Positions 8,116 through 17,235 of a DNA stretch of 32,000 nucleotides are shown one piece after another. Origin of the DNA: Ktedonobacterales bacterium. GTDB lineage: Bacteria; Chloroflexota; Ktedonobacteria; Ktedonobacterales; JADMIN01. The translations under genes were made by a program, and so were the position numbers. Numbering within the stretch: the first letter of the stretch is position 1; each line of letters starts with the position of its first letter. Location of the stretch: contig CP126532.1 in assembly GCA_030167145.1 (NCBI GenBank), positions 120,001-152,000 on the forward strand, read 5' to 3'. Below the pieces are notes generated by a model. The model had not been told where the DNA came from and did no database searches. It was given only the letters and a program-made list of their open reading frames with translations.

Positions 8116-8697
8116 TTGCACGCTGCGTCTTCAACCACGTGGGGACCTGACGTGTTGGGTCACGTGCGAGATCCAACTCCAGATGCCGGTGTCATTCAGC
8201 AACTCGGCGCACCGCAAGACCTCTATGAAACGCCAGCCAACGTATTTGTAGCGGGTTTTATTGGTAGCCCTTCGATGGATTTCTTCAATGCGCGGCTAGT
8301 TCGGGTCAATGATACCGCGCTCTTGCATGTAGGCTCCGGTGCGGATACGCGTACTCTCCACTTGGGTGAAAGCCTTGCCGGGCAACTGGTCGGTCAGGCG
8401 GTTGCTGACGGACATCAGGTCATCCTTGGCATACGCCCCGAGAACTTCAGACTGGCAACACCAGATGATCCCGATACTCTGGTCGGCACAGTGGATGTCG
8501 TCGAGCACTTGGGGCACGAGCAAATCCTCTATGTGAGTCCGCCAGGAGCCATAGCGCCTGAAGTCACAGAGACACAAGGTTCTACGGTGCGCATTGGCCT
8601 CGATGCAGTCGTGCGGCCCGGAGATCGCATCGCGTTGGCTGCCGACATTATGCGGCTCCACGTCTTCGACGCTACCACTCAGCAACGCTTCGTCTAG
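8116..8697 (+). pseudogene. 5'-truncated remnant of a MalK/UgpC-type sugar ABC transporter ATPase (C-terminal third only)
   Basis: From about 8188 the frame reads GVIQQLGAPQDLYETPANVFVAGFIGSPSMDFF. This is the end of the nucleotide-binding domain and the start of the regulatory/TOBE-like domain in MalK-type proteins. Walker A, the Q-loop, the ABC signature and Walker B (about 200 aa) are absent. A TGA at 8104 closes the frame, and the only start is TTG without an SD. Confidence 0.6.
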
Positions 8698-9240
8698 CGC
8701 CTATACGGGGTATCCAGGGCGATGTGCCAAACGGTCTGCTCAACTCGCTCGCTACCTTTCCTGGGGCGCAGGCGTCGAGTTACTCGTGAACGTGCATGAG
8801 GTTGATGTATACTGGGGGTGATCCGTCTTGTGCCAGTGTGCTCACCGATTTGAGCGATCGTTGCATCTCGGCGATCCCGAGGGACGCCGAAAGTGCGGAA
8901 CTCATTTCTGGTAGGCCCGACAAAGGATTGCGCCGACAGGATCTCGACGTATGCATCAAGACTTAGCAATGCTAAGCGGAGGACATTCGACCATCTGCGG
9001 TCTTACCGTGGATACACTGCTCATAACCAGTAAAGTTGCTGTCCATGCTTTCTCCCACTAGAGGAGCTGTGGCAGGAGCGATGTGTCACAAGTAAGACGC
9101 GTGATACGCCGGATGAGCTTTCCGTTGTGCTTAGGTGGCTAGAGCATCATGGGTTACCCTCGTGTGGATACTCGCCAGCCGACCAATAGACCTTAGTGCT
9201 GCGACTGTGTAGCCGCTGAGGTAGGGGGTAAGTTAGATTA

Positions 9241-10728
9241 ATGGAATGGCCACGCGCCAGCGGCATTTTGGTCCATCCAACGTCGTTTCCTGGCCAATTT
9301 GGCATTGGAGATTTGGGATTAGGGGCCGTGCGCGTTTTCGATTTTCTCTCCGCTGCCCGGCAGAAGCTCTGGCAGATCTTACCGCTTGGCCCAACTGGCT
9401 ATGGCGACTCGCCCTATGCGCTACTTTCTGCGTTTGCTGGCAATCCACTGCTCATTTCACCCGAACACCTGATCGAGGCTGGCCTGCTTACAGCGGATGA
9501 CCTTGTTTCGCTGCCGACCTTCCCAACCGATCATGTGGACTTTGCCTCGGTCATTCCTGCAAAGCTCGCCTTATTGCGCACCAGCTTCGCATACTTCGAG
9601 GCCAGTAGTTGCCAGTCCATGCGGAAGCGCTTCGATGCGTTCCTGGCAGAGCAGCACGAGTGGCTTGATGATTATGCGCTCTTTATGGCGCTCAAAGCAG
9701 CGCACAATCAAGTCGCGTGGACAAAGTGGCCCACTAAGTACCGTCAACGTGATCCAGAGGCGCTCGCCGAGGCCCGAACAACCTTGGCCAGGGAAGTCGT
9801 ATTCCATCAGTACTGCCAGTTTCTCTTCTTCGCCCAGTGGGAGGTCGTGCGTCAAGCCGCTCACGAGCGAGGTATCTCAATTGTTGGCGACCTTGCGATC
9901 TTCGTCGCTCATGATAGCGCGGACGTCTGGGCACATCCAGACTACTTCCATCTTGACGACGCGGGCCTGCCGGTGGTGGTGGCTGGGGTTCCGCCCGACT
10001 ATTTTAGTGTCACTGGGCAGCGATGGGGCAATCCAATATATCGATGGGATAGACTGGCTGAGACTGGCTACGCATGGTGGATTGCCCGCGTGCGGCAAGC
10101 GCTAAAGATGATGGATATCATTCGCCTTGACCACTTCCGCGGCTTCGAAGCATGCTGGCAGATTCCTGGTACAGCCAAAACGGCCGTCACGGGGCATTGG
10201 GTGAAAGGACCTGGTATTTCTCTCTTCCATGCGATCCATAAGGCTTTGGGCGAAGTGCCATTCATTGCCGAAGACTTGGGCGTCATTACCCCTGAGGTCC
10301 GCGATTTGCAACATGCGCTGGGGTTTCCTGGCATGCATATCTTACAGTTTGCTTTCGGATCGGACGCCAATAACCCCGATCTGCCGCACAACTATAGTCG
10401 TGACAGTGTCGTCTACACAGGAACACATGACAACAACACCACCCGTGGCTGGTTCGAGACACAGCCTTCAGAGACGCAAGGCCACATCCTGAGATATCTG
10501 AAAAGCACGCCAAATACGGTCGTCCAGGCGATGATCCGTGCCGCACTCAGTTCAGTAGCCAACCTCGTGATCTTGCCATTACAAGATGTACTAGAACTGG
10601 AGAGTGAAGCGCGGATGAACTTCCCCTCACATGCAGACGGCAACTGGCAATGGCGCTGCACCGACGATCAACTGGCTTCTAAGTGTGCTGAAGAACTGGC
10701 AGACTTGGCACATCTCTTTGGGCGATAG
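9241..10728 (+). CDS. malQ: 4-alpha-glucanotransferase (amylomaltase, GH77)
   Basis: N-terminus RASGILVHPTSFPG. Catalytic-region motifs: IRLDHFRGFEACW, IAEDLGVITPEV, YTGTHDNNT. The length (495 aa) is typical. Confidence 0.92.
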   Translation: MEWPRASGILVHPTSFPGQFGIGDLGLGAVRVFDFLSAARQKLWQILPLGPTGYGDSPYALLSAFAGNPLLISPEHLIEAGLLTADDLVSLPTFPTDHVDFASVIPAKLALLRTSFAYFEASSCQSMRKRFDAFLAEQHEWLDDYALFMALKAAHNQVAWTKWPTKYRQRDPEALAEARTTLAREVVFHQYCQFLFFAQWEVVRQAAHERGISIVGDLAIFVAHDSADVWAHPDYFHLDDAGLPVVVAGVPPDYFSVTGQRWGNPIYRWDRLAETGYAWWIARVRQALKMMDIIRLDHFRGFEACWQIPGTAKTAVTGHWVKGPGISLFHAIHKALGEVPFIAEDLGVITPEVRDLQHALGFPGMHILQFAFGSDANNPDLPHNYSRDSVVYTGTHDNNTTRGWFETQPSETQGHILRYLKSTPNTVVQAMIRAALSSVANLVILPLQDVLELESEARMNFPSHADGNWQWRCTDDQLASKCAEELADLAHLFGR

Positions 10729-10784
10729 ACGCGTTGCTTTGTAGTTATAGGCTATAGGAAATGGCGCTGCCCACCTTGCAAAAT

Positions 10785-10823
10785 CCCAGTGCAGATCATG
10801 CTTGTTCTAAGCTCTGCACTGGG
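10785..10823. terminator. Bidirectional intrinsic-terminator-like hairpin between convergent malQ and the lysozyme-like gene
   Basis: An 11-bp perfect stem, CCCAGTGCAGA (10785-10795) pairing with TCTGCACTGGG (10813-10823), with extra GCTT/AAGC pairing in the loop. It is followed by ATTTTG on the minus strand and ATTATCAT on the plus strand, so the U-tracts are weak. Confidence 0.5.
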
Positions 10824-10883
10824 ATTATCATACGCTCATATTCGATGCCCAGAGGCCACCCGGCATCAATAGATGAGCCGGTG

Positions 10884-11552
10884 CTACGGTTTGCAAGTCC
10901 ATTCGCGCCAGCTAAAGCCGTCGCGTGCAAAGACCTGATATGCCGCATGAATGTTGGCCCATGCATTGAACGGTGAGTAGCCTGCATATGCGGTCGTGTT
11001 CCACGTGCTCCGCAGGAACTGGAACACCCCAGATGCGCCACTCCACCTGTTATAAGCGGTGGCAGAGAAACCAGATTCACACGCCGCGACTCGCAGAGCC
11101 GCACCTGCATATCCGCCAAATACAGCGCGGATTTCGCTTTGTACCGAGCCGCTATAGCCGCCCGATGACGACCCAGACCCTGAGCGCGAACCACCGGCAG
11201 CGCCAGAGGAAGGTCGGGGTGTCGTACCAGTATGCGCGGCCCCACCAGAGGCAGCGAGGTAATTTGGCACCCAGGCGGTATTATCTGAAACCAGGTGTCC
11301 CTGACTCACATGCCAGTGCTGCGTACAGCGGTACATCCCCGTACTCCAGCCATAGCACATCCAACCATGGTCCAGGTAATAGCCACGTTGATACCGCAGC
11401 CAGGTGGCCGCGTGCGCAGATGGTGTAACACTTAGCTGCATCGCCATAGATGCAAGCCCCAGCACACCAGCGAGCAGAAGCGCCCGCCGAACATTAACCA
11501 GGCGAGAACACAGATACGGGAGCTGAGTCATCAAACGTGGGAAACTCTGCAA
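10884..11552 (-). CDS. Secreted lysozyme-like (transglycosylase-like) protein
   Basis: Signal peptide (ALLLAGVLGLASMAMQLSVTPSAHA). A W/Y/C-rich N-domain, a Gly/Ser linker, then a C-terminal domain (AACESGFSATAYNRWSGASGVFQFLRSTW) resembling the CESG...Q-F transglycosylase-like/Rpf-type fold. TTG start at 11552 with AAGGAGG 6 nt upstream. Confidence 0.65.
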   Translation of the reverse strand: MQSFPRLMTQLPYLCSRLVNVRRALLLAGVLGLASMAMQLSVTPSAHAATWLRYQRGYYLDHGWMCYGWSTGMYRCTQHWHVSQGHLVSDNTAWVPNYLAASGGAAHTGTTPRPSSGAAGGSRSGSGSSSGGYSGSVQSEIRAVFGGYAGAALRVAACESGFSATAYNRWSGASGVFQFLRSTWNTTAYAGYSPFNAWANIHAAYQVFARDGFSWREWTCKP

Positions 11553-12015
11553 AGCAAACCTCCTTTAGGTTTCGCGCTCTCGCTGAGCGCTGCGCGGGTG
11601 CAATGCCGCGCGTGTCTTACCTCCTTGAAAGCGCCTCATCCTGATGCGCCTCCACGCTGAGCCGTCCCATAACCTCATGGGGTCGGCGAGTTTGATGCCA
11701 GGTGGTACCTGCAAACCGCCGCACGGACGCGGCTCATGTGTCCATTCGTGAGCAAACGCGGCGGTCCGAGGGTGGACTATACCCGGAAGGTCGGGAACGA
11801 GGTCAACCCACACCGCGCAAACAACGACAGAAGTACCATGAATCGTAGCCAATTAGTACTAAATTTGATGCGCCTTTATGGCGTACTGTTTTCACATGAT
11901 CTACACCATTACTCTGCTTCTTACTGGTATGGCAATGTCTTGTTCCTGTGAGCTTTTGCGACAAATATCAAGCGGGTGTTTCTGATCCAATTCGCAACGG
12001 AAGAATACTCTGGCG

Positions 12016-12024
12016 TGCTACAAT
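12016..12024 (+). promoter_or_regulatory. Extended -10 promoter element TGCTACAAT upstream of nadE
   Basis: The same 9-mer as at 2645-2653. It is intergenic, 42 nt before ATG 12066 and 87 nt before ATG 12111. No good -35. Confidence 0.4.
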
Positions 12025-12110
12025 TTTGACGAACACACCTCCTAAGTACCCGTCGCAGCGGGATAATGGGGCTTGCTCAGACTCCTGCGAGCAGCGGAAG
12101 AGGGGATAGC

Positions 12111-14003
12111 ATGATAGCAGAAACACAGGCGTCAGTTGGTGGCGCCCGTCCGCTCAGACTCGCGCTAGCACAGATCAATGTCACAGTCGGTGATCTCATG
12201 GGCAACGTCGAGCGAATGATTCACGCTATGCGCCAGGCTGCGGAGTCGGGGTCGAACCTCGTGGCGTTTCCCGAATTAGCCCTTCCGGGGTATCCACCAG
12301 AAGATCTGCTGCTCAAGCCTGGCTTTGTTGCCGACAACCTGCGCGCGCTAGAGCACCTCACACATGCCACTCGCGAATTTCCTGGGCTGGCCGTTGTGGT
12401 GGGCTTTGCCGACCGCACGAACGATCTGTACAACGCGGCCGCAATCCTGTTCGAAGGTGAGGCTCGTGGTATCTACCATAAACACTATCTGCCTAACTAT
12501 GGTGTCTTCGATGAGGATCGCTACTTCGCGGCAGGCGTCCATTCGCCTTGCTACATTATCGGTGGGGTCACCGTCGGCATAAATATCTGCGAGGACATCT
12601 GGTATCCAACCGGTCCGGCAACTGAGCAGGCATACGCAGGCGCAGAGTTGCTGATCAACATCAGCGCATCACCGTTTTTTATCGGCAAGCAAGCCGCACG
12701 TGAGCGTATGCTCTCTACACGTGCGGCAGACACCGGCTCGATAGTGGCATATCTCAACCTCGTTGGTGGGCAGGATGAACTCATTTTCGACGGCTCAAGC
12801 GTCGTCTTTGACGAAGAAGGCGAACTGATCGCCCGCGCCAAAGCCTTCGAGGAAGACTTGCTCATAGTAGACCTGGACATCGCTGATGTCTTCCGCACCC
12901 GTCTCCATGGCCCCCGACGGCGTAAAGAGCGCCTGGCCGCACACGACCGAACCGCGCAGCCATTATTCATCTCTGGCATCAGCACACAACCAGAATTGCA
13001 TCCAGATGTATCCACCCTTGATGCCCTTCAGCCGCGTCTTGGCCGCACCAGCCGCATCGAACCCCTACCAGGACGAGCTGAGGAGGGGTATCGTGCGCTG
13101 GTGCTCGGCACCCGCGACTACGTGCGAAAGAACGGTTTTCGCGATGCTGTGATCGGGCTATCCGGCGGCATTGATTCAGCGCTAACAGCCACCATTGCCG
13201 TAGACGCGCTCGGCAAAGAGCATGTTTGGGGGATCTCGATGCCATCGCGCTATTCTTCCGAGGGCAGCAAAGATGACGCGCGCGATCTCGCGGAAAATTT
13301 GGATATTCGCTACCTCACACTCCCCATTGAAGAGCCATTCGCGGCCTATTTGAAAGTGCTGGAGCCAGCCTTCGACAGTGGAGAGCCAGCCACCTCGACG
13401 CTGCCTGAGGAGAATATCCAGGCGCGCATACGGGGCAACCTACTCATGGCACTCTCCAATCGCTTTGGCTCTATTCTCCTGACCACCGGCAACAAGTCCG
13501 AGATGGCAGTAGGCTATGCCACTCTTTACGGCGACATGGCCGGTGGTTTCGCCGTATTAAAGGACGTCTTCAAGACATTCGTTTACGAATTGGCACGCTG
13601 GCGCAATGCTCATGCGGGAATGCCGCTCATTCCTGAGAGCACCATCACAAAACCACCCTCGGCAGAACTGCGGCCTGGCCAGCAAGATACCGACAGCCTC
13701 CCACCGTATGACATACTCGACCCGATTCTGCGCGCATATGTTGAAGAAGATCGCACCTTCGAGGAGATGGTAACGCTGGGTTTCGCGCCGGAAACGATAC
13801 AACGGGTAATGAATCTAGTAGACATGAGCGAGTACAAGCGTCGTCAGGCGCCACCAGGCATCAAAGTGACGGGGCGCGCATTCGGACGCGACCGTCGTCT
13901 GCCACTAACGAGCGCCTACCGTGGCCAACCCGCGACCTACCCATTCGCGCCCGAAGATGAAAAGCGGCAGCGAGACGTCACAGCGATATATTCTTCACCG
14001 TAG
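12111..14003 (+). CDS. nadE: Glutamine-dependent NAD+ synthetase (CN-hydrolase domain plus NAD synthetase domain)
   Basis: N-terminal nitrilase-like domain (FPELALPGYPPEDL, INICEDIWYP). C-terminal PP-loop (GLSGGIDSAL) and NadE core (LLTTGNKSEMAVGYATLYGDM). ATG 12111 has GGAAGAGGGGA 5 nt upstream, and the family usually starts just before the LRLALAQ strand. ATG 12066 is the alternative. Confidence 0.9.
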   Translation: MIAETQASVGGARPLRLALAQINVTVGDLMGNVERMIHAMRQAAESGSNLVAFPELALPGYPPEDLLLKPGFVADNLRALEHLTHATREFPGLAVVVGFADRTNDLYNAAAILFEGEARGIYHKHYLPNYGVFDEDRYFAAGVHSPCYIIGGVTVGINICEDIWYPTGPATEQAYAGAELLINISASPFFIGKQAARERMLSTRAADTGSIVAYLNLVGGQDELIFDGSSVVFDEEGELIARAKAFEEDLLIVDLDIADVFRTRLHGPRRRKERLAAHDRTAQPLFISGISTQPELHPDVSTLDALQPRLGRTSRIEPLPGRAEEGYRALVLGTRDYVRKNGFRDAVIGLSGGIDSALTATIAVDALGKEHVWGISMPSRYSSEGSKDDARDLAENLDIRYLTLPIEEPFAAYLKVLEPAFDSGEPATSTLPEENIQARIRGNLLMALSNRFGSILLTTGNKSEMAVGYATLYGDMAGGFAVLKDVFKTFVYELARWRNAHAGMPLIPESTITKPPSAELRPGQQDTDSLPPYDILDPILRAYVEEDRTFEEMVTLGFAPETIQRVMNLVDMSEYKRRQAPPGIKVTGRAFGRDRRLPLTSAYRGQPATYPFAPEDEKRQRDVTAIYSSP

Positions 14004-14108
14004 GTCCTGGCAGAGACTTTGCGGAGGTATCGCACACTGAGGTCGTGCATTCAAAGCTTAGCAATGCCGAGGTTATATCAGCACCGTAGGTCAGAAGGCG
14101 GAGGACAC

Positions 14109-15161
14109 ATGACGCTGACCTCAGATCCCGGACGAGAAGCACCGTCTGACACATGGATTGTAGCAACGAAGACTATCATAGACATGGGTGAAAGTGTTGC
14201 GCCACCCTGTCTCATCTCAGGCACGGCAAATGAAGAGCTAGCGACAGCCATTGCGGGAGAACTAGGCCTTGAACTGCTGGAGCGGCGCTTTGAGGTCTTT
14301 CCCGATGGCGAAATGTACGTGCGATTGGGGGGGAGCGTCCGAGGACGTGATGCCTATATCGTCCAACCAACGAGTGCGCCCGTAAATGACAATCTCATCG
14401 AACTCTTACTGCTCATTGACACGCTTCACCGCGCATCAGCCGGGCGAGTCACCGTCCTGGTTCCCTATTACGGCTATGCGCGGCAGGATCGAAAGTTCAT
14501 CGGCCGCGAGCCAATCACGGCAAAGCTCGTCGCAAATCTGATCACTGCGGCGGGTGCGGACCGCATCGTCGCAATTGACCTGCATAGCCCGGCAATTCAA
14601 GGATTCTTTGACATCGGCATGGATCATCTGACAGCCATCCCTCTGCTATCAGAGTATCTCAAAGAGCATTCGCTGCCTGACAGCATCATTGTCTCGCCCG
14701 ACACCGGAGGAGTCAAACGCGCAGATATCTTCGCGCGCGTTCTCGATTTGCCAATCGCAATTCTGCACAAACGACGGGCAAGCGCACGCACTGTCGAAAT
14801 GGCGGCAGTCATCGGCGATATTCGCGGCAAGAATCCCATCATCGTTGACGACATCATTGCAACGGGCGGCACAATCCGAGAAGCGGTAGAAACCCTGGTA
14901 CGCGCGGGAGCGCACCCCGCAGTGCGTATCGTCGCAACACACGCTGTGCTTGCTGGTGAAGCTCCTGTCCTGCTACATCATCCGGCGATTCGCGAGATCG
15001 TGGTGACTGACACCGTTCCTATTCGCGTGGAAGTGCGCCAGGCGCTTCCCACGTTGCGGGTCGTCTCAGTGGCAGGACTGCTAGCGAACGCCATTCGCAG
15101 ATTGCACGCAGGCCTATCATTGAGTGAACTCTTCGCGCGTGGCGAAGCGCCGCCAATTTAG
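14109..15161 (+). CDS. prs: Ribose-phosphate pyrophosphokinase (PRPP synthetase)
   Basis: Motifs: FPDGEMYVRL, VPYYGYARQDRK, VSPDTGGVKRA, IVDDIIATGGT. GGAGG at 14098-14102 precedes ATG 14109. The ORF-track start at 14019 adds 30 implausible residues. Confidence 0.9.
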   Translation: MTLTSDPGREAPSDTWIVATKTIIDMGESVAPPCLISGTANEELATAIAGELGLELLERRFEVFPDGEMYVRLGGSVRGRDAYIVQPTSAPVNDNLIELLLLIDTLHRASAGRVTVLVPYYGYARQDRKFIGREPITAKLVANLITAAGADRIVAIDLHSPAIQGFFDIGMDHLTAIPLLSEYLKEHSLPDSIIVSPDTGGVKRADIFARVLDLPIAILHKRRASARTVEMAAVIGDIRGKNPIIVDDIIATGGTIREAVETLVRAGAHPAVRIVATHAVLAGEAPVLLHHPAIREIVVTDTVPIRVEVRQALPTLRVVSVAGLLANAIRRLHAGLSLSELFARGEAPPI

Positions 15162-15178
15162 AAAGAAACAGTTTACTG

Positions 15179-16858
15179 ATGGGGCAAACAGGATCCACAC
15201 AACCCAACTGGTTTGAAGAAGTGCGTCGGCTAACGCTGGCCCTCGTGCGGATACGCAGCGTTAGTCCGGGCGAAGGAGAAATCGCGGTCGCGCACGAGGT
15301 TTTGCGCCTGCTGCATGATAGCGAACTCGAAGACACCTATACGGCGAGCGGGCTAGACCTCATTGAACACGACGCCCTAGATCGGCAGAACGCCTATGCA
15401 TTCCTGCGTGGGCAGAGTGCCCGAACGATTGTGTTGCTTGGCCACATTGATACCGTCGGCATGCAGGACTATGGCATCTTGGAACCCTGGGCCTCAGAAC
15501 CCGAAGCCTTGGCCGAGCGCATTGATGCGTTAGCGACGCTGGCCCCTGAGCTTCGCGCAGACCTGAGCGATCACCCCGGAGACTGGATGTTCGGGCGCGG
15601 CGTCGTAGATATGAAAAGCGGTGTCGCAGCAAATATCGCGGTGATGCGCCACTATGCCAAGCGCGCCCGTGCAGGCACACCACCACCGCTATCTCTCGTC
15701 TTTCTCGCCACGCCGGACGAAGAAAACGAGTCAGCGGGCGTTCTGCAAGCAGTACGCTTCCTCCTGCGATTACGCGCTGAATATGGCCTGGAATTCATGG
15801 GAGCGATTAATACCGACTACATCACATCCCTCTACCCTGGCGATCCCAATTGGTATGTCTACACCGGCACGATTGGCAAGCTCCTGCCAAGCTTCCTCGT
15901 GATTGGCCGCGAGTCCCATGTCGGGGATCCGTTCGACGGTGTAGACGCGAACCTGTTGGCAGCAGAGCTTATCACTGATCTGAGTATGTCGCCAGACCTG
16001 TGCGACACAGTACGCGGTCAGGTGGCTCCGCCCCCTGTGACATTGCATGCGACGGACCTGAAAGACACATATAACGTCCAGCTACCATTCGCCGCATATT
16101 TCTACCTCAATGTGCTCACCTTCACCAGCGGACCAGCCGATCTCCTGGCAAGGCTCCGTGTACGAGTCGAGGCGGCATTGGAGCGTGTGTTGGCAAAGAT
16201 AGACGAGAGCGAGCGGCACTGGCTGGCCATGGCGCATGAAGACGAGCGAGCGAAGCGCGTGGAGCCTCGCACGGGCATCGTATTGAGTTATGAAGAATTG
16301 TACGAGCGCGCGGTACATGTCCTTGGCAAGCAACAGGTAACGGCAGCGCTCGATGATGAATGGGAGCGCTGGCCAGCGGCGTTAGATAAACGTGAACGCA
16401 GTCTGCATCTGACGCATCGGCTCTGGCAACTGAGTGGCAAGCGCGGCCCTGCGGTTATCGTCTACTACTCGCCGCCCTATTACCCGAGCATCGCCGCGAC
16501 ACCATGCGCTCTGCACGAGGCAGTAACCAAAGTGATTGCCGCACACCCAAGAGAGCACCTTGCCCTGCGCGAATATTTCCCCTTTTTGTCCGATATGAGT
16601 TACCTACGCCTCGATGCTGCCGCCGATACGCCAGCCCTCGCGGCGAATATGCCCGTCTGGCGCTCCCCCGATGCGCCAGCACGACCAGGATCCTACAGCC
16701 TCCCGCTTGAGGCAATCAGCGAGCTTGATATGCCCGTTGTGGACATCGGACCATACGGGCGTGGTGCGCATCAGCGCGGCGAGCGACTGATGATGTCTCG
16801 GTCATTCGGCATGCTGCCGCAATTGGTGTACGAGGTAATCGAGCAGTTAAGAGGCTGA
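15179..16858 (+). CDS. M20-family metallopeptidase, RocB-like long form
   Basis: Metal and catalytic motifs: LLGHIDTVG, GRGVVDMKSGVAA, ATPDEENESAG. The length (559 aa) resembles the RocB-type subgroup. Substrate unknown. Confidence 0.75.
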   Translation: MGQTGSTQPNWFEEVRRLTLALVRIRSVSPGEGEIAVAHEVLRLLHDSELEDTYTASGLDLIEHDALDRQNAYAFLRGQSARTIVLLGHIDTVGMQDYGILEPWASEPEALAERIDALATLAPELRADLSDHPGDWMFGRGVVDMKSGVAANIAVMRHYAKRARAGTPPPLSLVFLATPDEENESAGVLQAVRFLLRLRAEYGLEFMGAINTDYITSLYPGDPNWYVYTGTIGKLLPSFLVIGRESHVGDPFDGVDANLLAAELITDLSMSPDLCDTVRGQVAPPPVTLHATDLKDTYNVQLPFAAYFYLNVLTFTSGPADLLARLRVRVEAALERVLAKIDESERHWLAMAHEDERAKRVEPRTGIVLSYEELYERAVHVLGKQQVTAALDDEWERWPAALDKRERSLHLTHRLWQLSGKRGPAVIVYYSPPYYPSIAATPCALHEAVTKVIAAHPREHLALREYFPFLSDMSYLRLDAAADTPALAANMPVWRSPDAPARPGSYSLPLEAISELDMPVVDIGPYGRGAHQRGERLMMSRSFGMLPQLVYEVIEQLRG

Positions 16859-16950
16859 GGCTGTGCATCACATGTCGAATAGTTCTGCGGTAGCTTCGTC
16901 GCACATTGCGCCCGCTACACTGTAACCCGCCACCGTACTTCCCATACGAA

Positions 16951-16970
16951 CATGACAAAAATGTGTCATG
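16951..16970. promoter_or_regulatory. Inverted repeat CATGACA-N6-TGTCATG upstream of a small Cys-containing ORF
   Basis: Read directly: 7-bp perfect arms at 16951-16957 and 16964-16970, 26 nt upstream of ATG 16996. Confidence 0.3.
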
Positions 16971-16995
16971 CGGAAGACAAGGTGGCAACTGGAGC

Positions 16996-17235
16996 ATGAC
17001 TGACCCTTGGCGAGATCACGAGACACTCATTCGTGTGGAACCCGCCTTACCCTGTGGACTAGCCGAATGCAGGCGACCAGCGCAATTGGCAACCATCGAG
17101 CCAGACCCCCAATACCCCGGCTTGTGGCATCTCCTACCAATCTGTGATCGCTGTCGCAAACTCCTCAAGCAGGGGAACGATCAGTGTGACGACTCCCAGG
17201 TATCTTTGCTGCTGACTGAGAAGCGCAGCCATTAA
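16996..17235 (+). CDS. Small hypothetical protein (79 aa) with two Cys pairs (CGLAEC ... CDRC)
   Basis: ORF 16906..17235 starts with TTG. ATG 16996 is the first ATG and has only a weak SD. The stop overlaps the stop of the convergent YcaQ-like gene (TTAA). No family recognised, so coding status is uncertain. Confidence 0.3.
   Translation: MTDPWRDHETLIRVEPALPCGLAECRRPAQLATIEPDPQYPGLWHLLPICDRCRKLLKQGNDQCDDSQVSLLLTEKRSH

Noticed and set aside
8060-8190. Possible frameshifted continuation of the ABC ATPase upstream of 8116 (frame-2 LTCWVTCEIQLQM compared with the family TTIYVTHDQVEAM)
   Set aside because: Only a few scattered identities, and the same nucleotides are already used by the frame-1 alignment. 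The evidence is too weak to extend the pseudogene boundary.
8694-8969. 91-codon minus-strand ORF in the ABC-remnant/malQ gap
   Set aside because: TTG start, no SD, Arg-rich C-terminus, no family resemblance, and it overlaps the 3' end of the ABC remnant. It is treated as non-coding or decayed sequence.
8950-8995. Similarity between 8950-8990 (TGCATCAAGACTTAGCAATGC...AAGCGGAGGACA) and the prs upstream region 14046-14108 (TGCATTCAAAGCTTAGCAATGC...AAGGCGGAGGACA)
   Set aside because: The exact shared core is only 11 nt, and dozens of such matches are expected by chance in 32 kb. The second block is essentially an SD-like GGAGG. There is no similarity beyond these blocks and no start codon after the 8980 copy. 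The evidence is borderline, so I do not claim a duplicated regulatory element.
11553-11852. Naming the lysozyme-like gene leader a c-di-AMP (ydaO) riboswitch
   Set aside because: I could not locate the conserved cores I remember for that class (GGGGUGAAUC-like, CCCGAA.CCG, CAGCUAAC.UCG). It is kept only as a hypothesis to test with a covariance model.
14019-14108. N-terminal extensions in the ORF track: prs 14019, hydratase 23716, ACAD 26978, carboxyltransferase 28521, AtuA 25638, nadE 12066, amine oxidase 7890, PNP 11
   Set aside because: The extensions overlap upstream genes or lack an SD. Internal starts have SD sequences at proper spacing and reproduce the usual family N-termini.
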